Source of the DNA: a virus
Reading direction: 5' to 3' (one strand)
Virus record (IMG/VR): IMGVR_UViG_3300019850_000208
Location: 44,575 to 108,574 of that record
Length of the DNA: 64,000 bases
In this document: positions 57,301 to 64,000 of the stretch, piece by piece
How the letters are laid out: every line of letters starts with the position of its first letter
How positions within the stretch are numbered: the first letter of the stretch is position 1
The notes under the pieces: model-generated
Database searches by the model: none
Told to the model about the DNA's origin: nothing
The model's input: only the letters and a program-made list of their open reading frames with translations
Position numbers and translations under genes: made by a program

Positions 57301-57621
57301 TTCACTCTTATCGGTGAATTCGCCAAGTCTTTTTTGCATTTCTTCTATTTCTGGTTTAGACTTTTTGACAAACTTGCCAACCATTTCTATCATCATTTTC
57401 ATGAATTCGGCGCCGCTTTTTTGAGCCTTGGCGAAATTTTGAGCCATTTGTATGGTAATAACATCTCCCAGGCTTATGCCCCAATTCTGCGTTTTGGCCT
57501 TTATATCAGTAAGCTCGAGTGATATGGTACCAGCCTGCTTTCTAAATTGGTCTGCCAGTGTCTGAAGATTACTCTGGACATCAATCATAAAATCTAATTT
57601 TGTTTCAACGCCAGCTGGCAT
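54388..57621 (-). CDS. Tape measure protein
   Basis: 1077 aa; A/K/M/Q-rich and helical; long stretch with ~11-residue Pro-punctuated amphipathic periodicity; position. Confidence 0.85.
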   Translation of the reverse strand: MPAGVETKLDFMIDVQSNLQTLADQFRKQAGTISLELTDIKAKTQNWGISLGDVITIQMAQNFAKAQKSGAEFMKMMIEMVGKFVKKSKPEIEEMQKRLGEFTDKSEKYMKKSDTFEDAMLKKRKQEKKDDEKLAKLAENAQKAQKEQNANLGFFGRLAQRVSKAAGGMFGVITKGAAEFETQQSLMQTALSHTNKEQQSLFKRLKDGMDRAIEDGGLLGKGLQVIRFAFRTAGKAAVVFGESAIGAMKGAAGIAKIMWRTIMGPVGMVMKLVGNLLKLLGGLSFINAIKSSVDLDAAVNDIARTMTGGVESSKKFGETTKRLMTDIKDSAMDAGAAVQDMSNIYATLAGQHIPVGDLKGLADMSFEAAKGLGMSYEQSTQLVGTLQHVGRLSQKEIKGVLNQFAALQQSLGLSAAETQGLAQNIMKTTGRLRQMGATSKVIRSYTRATTSLAATFIQVGLEADAAAQKVADLFNPDQLENNIALYSQLGMSVTKASAIMQGSSEIPEDMAAKFVKLSKRIASMGPIAGKEYAKAMNMSYGMAQQLAGLTEDQVGKVNKIMGRTAKGADDVLKKQRDRQRKQTKEQFEEARNRMALLMIDVIQPIMELLRDFMTRLNKAFKDARPYIKQIADWMGQAAGMMSKLIAPLFELVGRVAKVFFGGGEDSIFNKALVIVQKIVDMVMKFMPIVERILTTLADSFMTIVPPILDAVMTVTDALQPAIEAALGFVQQIIGPITDLITSLISALMPTIRIIVKALGPVFETFGNIIGDIINNLKGPLTHIFQAISKVLEAIMPAIINIIKALKPIFDAFSQLWGMIGDMIAKLMVKLAPALSKIFDVVAMIMQMLGPIIQSIVDALGPVIDAMMPALDLAITLTNTILDLLGPLLKYLLNIIVIVIRLAAKYVELITKVFKWIFEKFDKLFKTIHSLLHIGKREEKAPKPSEAAKEGFFAELFKGLNWQYNLQTGAGSLQGAGAGAGAGAEAGAGAFQGKETTVKAVDLSKQINKQTTTTTEAKQIQQETAEQMVSRLDTNAELMKESTIAMKAVAEKIEDIRDNAERTTTLLARLMPQIAERV

Positions 57622-57623
57622 TA

Positions 57624-59672
57624 TTAACTCTCCTCCTCAGTAGAGGCCAATGAAACTCTAAGCTGCTCGGTTTGTTCTTCGCGTGCTGTTATTAAGGTCA
57701 TGGATGTTGAATATCCATTTCTGCTAATATTATGGGTTACACCTGTTGGGAGAAATAAGTAGTAATTAGTAAGCAAGGACGGCTTTCCATCAGGTCTATT
57801 AACAATGACCCTAACTCTGGATGTTTCAAATGGAATACGAACTCCGTCAAGATATGGATCTCCCAATACTGTTAAATTCAGTCTTAAGACCATATCTTCA
57901 TTGATGGTGGTCATTAATCTTCCCAATATAAATTCATCTCTGGCCGCTCTATCCTGTATGCCTTCTCCATCAGTGCCCTGCGGAATTGTTGGTATTGGTT
58001 TAAATTCGCTATGGTTTTTAATATAGTCATCATAAGTTCTGTCTATGCTCTTCGTTGCTTTTTCCTTGTCTGCTGTTATTTGCGCATTTACACTTGCAAC
58101 TTTATTTATTCCATCCTGTCTGTCTTTAGCTATTTTATTGAACTCTTCTCTTAGGTCGGAATATGTTTTCGGCCTCGTGGTTTTCTGGCCTGTTTCCGGA
58201 TCCGTAACTGTAATAGTATCATTCTCCTGTTCTACTAATATCCAATTGTCATTTTCGTCTTTTATGAGGTTGCCTTTTTTGTCTTTCTTACCATATTTCT
58301 TTAAGAATGTGGTCATCTTCTTATTTAGACCCCCATAGCCGACTTCTTGTTTAGATAATGTTTTTTGGGCTTGTTTAAGTTTTTCTGATAGTTTGGGATC
58401 ACTTTCACGATGTTTTAGTTGTACTTCTTTATCATGCAGAGTTTTTACCTGATCTTTTAGTGTGCTCAGTGCCTTTACTTCTCCATTATCAAATCTAACA
58501 ATTTGTTCGGCTACATTGCCATTATCATCTAAAGTTACTCCAAGAAAGCTCAGGCTGGCAAAACCAAGAAAATATCCCTCAGGTATTTGTGCTTCAAGGC
58601 TTTGTACAACCGAAGTCGGGGTATCGCGCCATTCATATACTCTCTTTATAAAATCTCCAGCAGCATTACTGCCTCTTTTGTTTAATGGCTGTTTAAGTTC
58701 CCATTTTTTTATCAAGCCATACTTTTCAAAATCTTCTTCCTTATCTGGCTTGGCAACCGAAGTTTCTATAGTTGTTATACCCTGCTCTTTGGTACCACTA
58801 TCATGTAAAATTTGCAGTTTCAATGTTTCATTTATAAATGTTATCAGAGATGTATCGCTCTTAAGAAAAGAATTGATATAGCCATGGAATGTATCTACGG
58901 CAAATTGATGATCAAATCCTTCACCAAGTTTATAGTGCACTCCATTCTTTAAATTAAATCTTTTTAGAAATGTCTCCAAGTATTCTTGTATAGTGCCATT
59001 ATCCTTTTTATCTCCATTTTTATCCAGAGGGAATATTTTATCTATCCTTCTGGTTCCCAGTTTTGTAATTTGAAAGAAATATTGGCTGTTCCCTATCAAT
59101 TCCAGGCTGATTGTAAGCCATGTCCCTCTTATTCCATACTTAAATCCTGTAAGTATCATGGTTAGCCAATTGCTTGTGATGGGTTTTGTAACGCCTTCCC
59201 ACCCCCATCTTAACCTGGCAAATCCAGGTGCGGCAAACGGTTCTTCCCATACCCCCTCCTGTCTCTTCAGAATGGTCTCATTATAAAGAGCAAGAGCCCG
59301 AATTGTAAATTTTTCTATCCATGTAAATTGATTATCAGCTAAAGTAATACTGGCTTTTGGATATGGATAAGTGTTGACACTAAAATCACTTACAAAATTG
59401 TATGGAACTTTAAAAATATTTTCACCATAGTCCTCATGGCCTTTGTCTATATCAGTTAATAGCTTTATTTCTATAAATGGCTTGAATGGATATACCGGAC
59501 GAAGAGACACACCATCTTCAACCCAAAAATCCCGGAGCTCCACCTCTGGCGGAGTATCTTGAACAACACGCTGCTTTTTTGTCAGCTCTTCATATGCTCT
59601 CTGCTTTTTAGCAGTAACTTCTGCTGTTGCGGCCGCTATGTTTTTCTGGTATATATCTTTCAATGCTGCCAT
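57624..59672 (-). CDS. Baseplate hub protein (gp27 / GpD-like)
   Basis: LRWGW near the N-terminus; C-terminal LTVLGDP.L...Y.....VTHNI...GYST..TL; central charged coiled-coil. Confidence 0.7.
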   Translation of the reverse strand: MAALKDIYQKNIAAATAEVTAKKQRAYEELTKKQRVVQDTPPEVELRDFWVEDGVSLRPVYPFKPFIEIKLLTDIDKGHEDYGENIFKVPYNFVSDFSVNTYPYPKASITLADNQFTWIEKFTIRALALYNETILKRQEGVWEEPFAAPGFARLRWGWEGVTKPITSNWLTMILTGFKYGIRGTWLTISLELIGNSQYFFQITKLGTRRIDKIFPLDKNGDKKDNGTIQEYLETFLKRFNLKNGVHYKLGEGFDHQFAVDTFHGYINSFLKSDTSLITFINETLKLQILHDSGTKEQGITTIETSVAKPDKEEDFEKYGLIKKWELKQPLNKRGSNAAGDFIKRVYEWRDTPTSVVQSLEAQIPEGYFLGFASLSFLGVTLDDNGNVAEQIVRFDNGEVKALSTLKDQVKTLHDKEVQLKHRESDPKLSEKLKQAQKTLSKQEVGYGGLNKKMTTFLKKYGKKDKKGNLIKDENDNWILVEQENDTITVTDPETGQKTTRPKTYSDLREEFNKIAKDRQDGINKVASVNAQITADKEKATKSIDRTYDDYIKNHSEFKPIPTIPQGTDGEGIQDRAARDEFILGRLMTTINEDMVLRLNLTVLGDPYLDGVRIPFETSRVRVIVNRPDGKPSLLTNYYLFLPTGVTHNISRNGYSTSMTLITAREEQTEQLRVSLASTEEES

Positions 59673-59687
59673 TTGCCACCTCTTTAG

Positions 59688-59695
59688 ATTATCTT
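59688..59695 (-). promoter_or_regulatory. AAGATAAT motif
   Basis: About 15 nt upstream of the hub ATG, just before its GAGG RBS; heads the tail operon. Confidence 0.55.
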
Positions 59696-59727
59696 AAATG
59701 TTGTTGAAAAATCATCGTATTTTTAAT

Positions 59728-60330
59728 TTATTCTTCTGGAGTGGTAGGTGGCGGTTGATAGGAAATTCGCTGCTTGAACGGCGAACTCGTAATTGGGTGA
59801 TAATTGGTCAATCTAGCATTATTTACTATATTTTGTGCCATTGACTTATCAGAGGCATAAGTTTTAGCACCTGGTTTATAGAGGGTTTGATTAATTCTTC
59901 TAATCCATGGCTCGGCAATTGTTTGGATAGCATTTGGCTGAGGCATATTTGACATTCCTGGACTGACCAACCTGCCTCTTAGATTGTTTGTGAAGTACTT
60001 TCTGAATGCGCTTTTGGTAATAAATGGATACATTCTCTTTAACAAAGTATATATAACTAAGCCATTTAATTGCATACCGGAATTTCTCGCATTAATTATA
60101 AAAGATGCAAATGTGTATTGCATAGCACCTATATAGTGGGCGTTAATGCCAGTGGTATATTGCATATCTGAACTCAATATAAATACTGTTGGTCTCGGAT
60201 CATGGATAATATAGCCTGGTCTGCCTGAGCGGTAGGTGCATTGATATATCATACCTGGCGCGAAAGGCATAACCCTTGCATTGAAGCTTCGCCTGAATAC
60301 CAATGATATAATTCTGCGGAATAAATTCAT
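59728..60330 (-). CDS. T4 gp2-like DNA end protector protein
   Basis: PGMIY..TY...HDP.P..FIL......GINAHY...Y.LLK..YP.....AFRKY resembles the gp2 family pattern. Confidence 0.6.
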   Translation of the reverse strand: MNLFRRIISLVFRRSFNARVMPFAPGMIYQCTYRSGRPGYIIHDPRPTVFILSSDMQYTTGINAHYIGAMQYTFASFIINARNSGMQLNGLVIYTLLKRMYPFITKSAFRKYFTNNLRGRLVSPGMSNMPQPNAIQTIAEPWIRRINQTLYKPGAKTYASDKSMAQNIVNNARLTNYHPITSSPFKQRISYQPPPTTPEE

Positions 60331-60344
60331 ATAATTCTCCTGTT

Positions 60345-60352
60345 ATTATCTT
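60345..60352 (-). promoter_or_regulatory. AAGATAAT motif
   Basis: Immediately upstream of the AGGAG RBS of 59728-60330. Confidence 0.55.
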
Positions 60353-60400
60353 GATAAGTATCAATCTTTTTAGATAGTTTAGTGGAGCATTATATGAGCA

Positions 60401-60769
60401 TTACCGGTAATTTTCTGGTTTGTTTTCTAATAATATTTTATTATGACGATCATTAATATATTTCCAGCTTGCTTCGTAGATTTGATATCTATGAGCCCCA
60501 TTTTCCAGCAATTTCCATGCAACACTTTCGACCATTTTATGACATGATCTGCATAGCGTTACCAAGTTTAGGTCTTCATTCGAGTGAGATATTTTTAATG
60601 GTACTATATGATGCACATGCAGGTTTTTTGTGCTACCGCAGATCTTACATCTATTTCCATCTCTTAGCAAAACCTTTTTTCTTATTGTGGGCCAATCTTT
60701 TCCATATTTTGCTTTGGTTTTCCTTGAGTATAAATTATATTTTTGTTTAATCTTAACTTTCTTGGGCAT
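60401..60769 (-). CDS. HNH endonuclease
   Basis: W..IR..VL.RD..RCKICG....LHVHHI.P.....NEDLNLVTLCRSCH. Confidence 0.9.
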   Translation of the reverse strand: MPKKVKIKQKYNLYSRKTKAKYGKDWPTIRKKVLLRDGNRCKICGSTKNLHVHHIVPLKISHSNEDLNLVTLCRSCHKMVESVAWKLLENGAHRYQIYEASWKYINDRHNKILLENKPENYR

Positions 60770-61301
60770 AATCCAGAACTATCTTATAGACTTTATCTAG
60801 TAGCGAAACTAGTTGTTTTAATGATGTATTCATGTCATCTACCAATTGGTAGTTGCTATTTTCTTTCATTTTCATTTGCAATATCTGGGAATAACCATAT
60901 ATGATATCTAACAGAGATTTTATATTAAATATCAAGTCAGGAAATAATTTGTCGATCTGATTTGGATTTTCTACTGCATTTCTGATTTTGTTAAGTGGCT
61001 CATCATTTATCACCAGCAATATAACATACTTCTTTTTCTTACGAAATAGATAGCCTATATGAATAGATAGATGCTCATTATTTAATTGGGTTTTAATATG
61101 CCCTATTCCGTCATGCGATATTAAATTTTCATACTGATTAAAAACTTCCTGTGATGGAAATAAAAAATTAACATGCGTGTTACTCACGTCCTCATTTGAT
61201 ATCTCATAGTATTCGCGCGCCTTTTTGTTCATTTGTATTATTTTATTATTTTTGATGATAATAATACCTAATGGTAATCGTCCGAAACGAAACATAAACA
61301 T
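60753..61301 (-). CDS. PAS + degenerate HisKA (DHp)-like protein lacking the phospho-His and ATPase domain
   Basis: LPLGIIII....I..MNKKA..YY PAS start; LIFNIKSLLDIIYGYSQIL aligns to MSHELRTPLNAIIGYSELL with H to F. Confidence 0.6.
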   Translation of the reverse strand: MFMFRFGRLPLGIIIIKNNKIIQMNKKAREYYEISNEDVSNTHVNFLFPSQEVFNQYENLISHDGIGHIKTQLNNEHLSIHIGYLFRKKKKYVILLVINDEPLNKIRNAVENPNQIDKLFPDLIFNIKSLLDIIYGYSQILQMKMKENSNYQLVDDMNTSLKQLVSLLDKVYKIVLDYAQES

Positions 61302-61351
61302 TCCTCAAATTATAGTATAATAGCTCGCCGCAGGGACGAGCTAGCTAGGCT

Positions 61352-61359
61352 ATTATCTT
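61352..61359 (-). promoter_or_regulatory. AAGATAAT motif
   Basis: Downstream of a terminator and upstream of the PAS gene. Confidence 0.55.
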
Positions 61360-61393
61360 GGCTATAAGCATGACTATTAACATTATATTTACC

Positions 61394-61425
61394 AAAAAAA
61401 ATGCCCCATGCTATAACATGGGGCA
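61394..61425 (-). terminator. Rho-independent terminator
   Basis: Minus strand TGCCCCATG-TTATAG-CATGGGGCA (9-bp stem) followed by eight T. Confidence 0.88.
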
Positions 61426-61473
61426 AAGACAGGAGGAGTTGGAGAAATTGACATTTCCCCAGGAAAAATATTT

Positions 61474-61941
61474 TTAGGCCTGCTTCAGATCTGAAACAGA
61501 TATCTGCTTCAAGTTTTGAAGCTGACTACTCATTTTAATATTTGATAATTTGATTTCTTGCCTGGCGGTATTCTTGAGCGCCGATATCGCCTCTTTTAAA
61601 ATGTTCATTTTATCGCTTTTTATATTTCCTTGTACATATGCATTATCTCGAAAAGTAATAGACGCTATTTCATCATGTTCATCATCAATTATTTGATAAG
61701 TGCGCTCAATCTGATTGGCTCTATTTCTCTTTATACTTCTTGAAATTTGGTATTTCCCAACAGCTAGTGCAGTCTGCTCAACATCACTCTCTAACTGTAA
61801 AATATCATGCAGTACATCTATAATGTATGTTATGCTCTGCCATGCTGCAGAAAGATCATGTCTTAAAGCTCGGTCATTTGATAGTTTAATACTTAAATCG
61901 TCATCAATCAGTACCATTTTTTTCCTTCCTAATAAAGTCAT
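61474..61941 (-). CDS. Hypothetical protein (likely start at the internal MVLIDDD)
   Basis: Helical ORF; AGGAAGGA RBS precedes the internal ATG; followed by a terminator. Confidence 0.65.
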   Translation of the reverse strand: MTLLGRKKMVLIDDDLSIKLSNDRALRHDLSAAWQSITYIIDVLHDILQLESDVEQTALAVGKYQISRSIKRNRANQIERTYQIIDDEHDEIASITFRDNAYVQGNIKSDKMNILKEAISALKNTARQEIKLSNIKMSSQLQNLKQISVSDLKQA

Positions 61942-63508
61942 TCGCTAGTCTTACATATTCCTCAGATATATCAAACCCTATCCAGCGATATCCCTTTTTG
62001 TACTTTTTATTAAGCCTGACGGCAGCCTGAGGAGTACTGGCACTCCCGCAGAATGGATCTACTATCAATCCCCCTTTAGGCAGATAAAGCTCAATAAATC
62101 TTTTGGCCAAATCCACACTGAATGGAGCGGGATGATGCCTCACTTTTGTGTTCGTTGGGGCTATGTCCCAATTATCAGTAAAGGTACGCCAAAAAACCGC
62201 AAAGCTTTCTGCCAGGGCGTCTTTGATGTGGCCTTCATTGTGCTTCAAGGCCGTCTTTAATTTATTGACAACCTGCCGGGACATTTTCGCCATAACTTCG
62301 TCCACTTTTGCCTTATATATTTCTTTAAGAGCTTTATTTATTTTTGTTGGGGTTAGAGCGCTCCCATTCTTGAGCTTTGGTCTAACCTCATTTAGTGCCC
62401 GAGCCGCCATCTCTTCAATTGCACCATCCATAACGGCCATGGTTTTACCAATCCATTGTACAGCCAGATCTGGAATACTATCTTTAATTTTTAATTTATC
62501 GATATCCGAGCTTATCATAGATTTAGTCTGGCTTTCTTTTAACTGAAGCTCGGTTTTATCATACCAAACATTATATAGTTGGTCTTTGGCCTGTTTAAGA
62601 TCTATAGTTGTCTTGTTGGTAATGTTAGGGCCCTTTGTTAATATCCAAATATATTCACTAATTGGATTAGGATGATATACCTGGGCCGCCTCTTGCTCTA
62701 GTATCGCCTTATTTTCCTTGATGGTCCCGCCTTGTGCGAATAAGCTCAAAACTCTAATTTGGTTGTTAATATTATATCTCTCTAAATCAAGGGCTTTGTA
62801 TTGAGCATCATTTGTATTTTTTATTTCACGGAGCTCCGCCAGTATTTCCTTCTTCTTTTCTCTAAACAACTCTAATTGTTGCGATGCTTCCTGTGGATCT
62901 GAGTTAGATTTCATATCTAAAAGCTTTAAACGATCTTGGTATTTTTGATACGAAATAATATAAGAACCGGTTCTTTGCTTGCCTGCGCCCAAAGGTTTGA
63001 CCCACATAATCTGTTCTTGAAATGTGAAGCCACTATCAATAGCTATATTAAGCAAATCTATTCCAGTGGGTCTTTTTTCACCCTCCGACATCACATTGGA
63101 AATATTAAGACCGAAAACACCGCCTTCTTTAAGAGCAGCATAGGCCGAATTTATAAAACGTTTCATCAGCACAAGATAATCATGATAGGGCATGCTGTCA
63201 TTATATTCGTAATTATCGCTGACGTTGTCTCCATAATCTTTGGAACACAAATATGGCGGCGATGTAAAAATAGCATCTATTTGATTACGAAGTTTTAATA
63301 ATCCGGTTATACAATTTTCGTTATATATATTATCAGGTTCGAGACCTTCTTCTATCTCGAAACTTTGCTTTTTGGCATTGTCAAAGGACTTCTTGCTCAA
63401 TGACGGCTGGTTAAAACCTGCTACTGGCTTCGTACTTTTTGAGTTCATATCATAAAGAAAAACATTTTTATCAGAAACGATCTCAAGATATTTTGTTGTC
63501 ATTTTCAC
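61904..63508 (-). CDS. DNA amino-methyltransferase (N4C/N6A, beta class) with two helical insertions
   Basis: FTSPPY motif IV precedes HPAPF and DPFCGSAS motif I; GFDISEEY. Confidence 0.88.
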   Translation of the reverse strand: MKMTTKYLEIVSDKNVFLYDMNSKSTKPVAGFNQPSLSKKSFDNAKKQSFEIEEGLEPDNIYNENCITGLLKLRNQIDAIFTSPPYLCSKDYGDNVSDNYEYNDSMPYHDYLVLMKRFINSAYAALKEGGVFGLNISNVMSEGEKRPTGIDLLNIAIDSGFTFQEQIMWVKPLGAGKQRTGSYIISYQKYQDRLKLLDMKSNSDPQEASQQLELFREKKKEILAELREIKNTNDAQYKALDLERYNINNQIRVLSLFAQGGTIKENKAILEQEAAQVYHPNPISEYIWILTKGPNITNKTTIDLKQAKDQLYNVWYDKTELQLKESQTKSMISSDIDKLKIKDSIPDLAVQWIGKTMAVMDGAIEEMAARALNEVRPKLKNGSALTPTKINKALKEIYKAKVDEVMAKMSRQVVNKLKTALKHNEGHIKDALAESFAVFWRTFTDNWDIAPTNTKVRHHPAPFSVDLAKRFIELYLPKGGLIVDPFCGSASTPQAAVRLNKKYKKGYRWIGFDISEEYVRLANDFIRKEKNGTD

Positions 63509-63520
63509 CCCTATCGATAA

Positions 63521-63661
63521 CTATATATGCTTCCTTTGTACTTGGTAGAACTTATCCTTCAATAATAATAAATAGATTTTGTCACTGGTTGTTTCACCAT
63601 CCTTTGATATTAAAGTTATATCTTCCAGTAATAACTTGGCAATCTTTCTTTTTACTATCAT
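63521..63661 (-). CDS. Small hypothetical protein (MIVKRKIAKLLLED...)
   Basis: GAGG RBS before the ATG at 63661, inside the longer track ORF 63521-63727. Confidence 0.45.
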   Translation of the reverse strand: MIVKRKIAKLLLEDITLISKDGETTSDKIYLLLLKDKFYQVQRKHI

Positions 63662-64000
63662 TTCCTCTACTTCTATTGTGTCCGGCCACCACCGTGACAA
63701 TTGTATTGAATAAGGAAAAAAATGCATTGATGCCTTTTTATAATGAATGAATTGTCCTTGACTTCCTCTCTTATATATGTGTCAGCACAAAGATAAATGT
63801 AGTGATGATTAAAAAGGGAGATATAGTCAGATTTCGTAATCATATAGTATTTATAATAGGCCCGGGGACAGGCATCATAATAGCTGATGTGCCCGAAAGG
63901 GCCCCAATTAGTCACAAAACAGAGACAACGCTTAAGTTTAGAAAAATTAAGAATATTAAGTTTATAATTTCGCCATCTATATTCGGGAGGGGGTGGCGAG

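Noticed and set aside
61321-61343. tRNA fragment (TAGCTC start)
   Set aside because: No anticodon or T arm, GTTC motif or acceptor stem.
61904-63508. Inteins in the methyltransferase
   Set aside because: No C/S N-terminal or HN-C/S/T C-terminal splice motifs and no LAGLIDADG blocks.
63673-63915. 80-aa ORF at the right edge
   Set aside because: No clear RBS or motif, and its context is truncated by the window edge.
1-64000. Stop-codon reassignment as in some large phages
   Set aside because: Genes are full-length under the standard code, and TAA, TAG and TGA all end genes at sensible, often coupled, boundaries.
1-64000. CRISPR array, rRNA/tRNA genes, or a bacterial tailocin/eCIS locus
   Set aside because: No spaced identical repeats or RNA-gene signatures were seen. 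The gp2-like, HNH and MTase genes, the scale of the fibre region and the absence of host genes favour a phage genome.

Overview
This window is a slice of a large, AT-rich, contractile-tailed (myovirus-like, probably jumbo) bacteriophage genome. It uses the standard genetic code and has strong GGAG/GAGG ribosome-binding sites. Almost all genes lie on the minus strand. Reading right to left: a beta-class DNA methyltransferase with two large helical insertions; a PAS plus HisKA-like protein lacking the phospho-His; an HNH nuclease; a T4 gp2-like DNA end protector; then the baseplate/tail core (hub, tape measure, a tube-cap-like protein with a long repetitive N-terminal extension, gp53/LysM, gp5-like spike, gp25, gp6/J, gpI-like, fibre-attachment protein); and about 40 kb of tail-fibre, tailspike and adhesin genes. 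No RNA genes, CRISPR array, integrase, reverse transcriptase, sheath or capsid genes were recognised. The most notable unexplained patterns are: (1) unrelated small genes inserted between structural genes that share a C-terminal basic-then-hydrophobic tail; (2) a recurrent intergenic AAGATAAT motif, a candidate phage-specific promoter; (3) a 3.88-kb receptor-binding cassette bracketed by duplicated mini-fibre genes, plus a shared N-terminal motif on four fibre proteins; (4) a paralogous CBM-LamG family diversified by nested domain insertions; (5) the His-less PAS-HisKA protein; (6) a predicted pseudoknot abutting the RBS of the tailspike-like gene. All family assignments come from motif recognition by eye; no searches were run.
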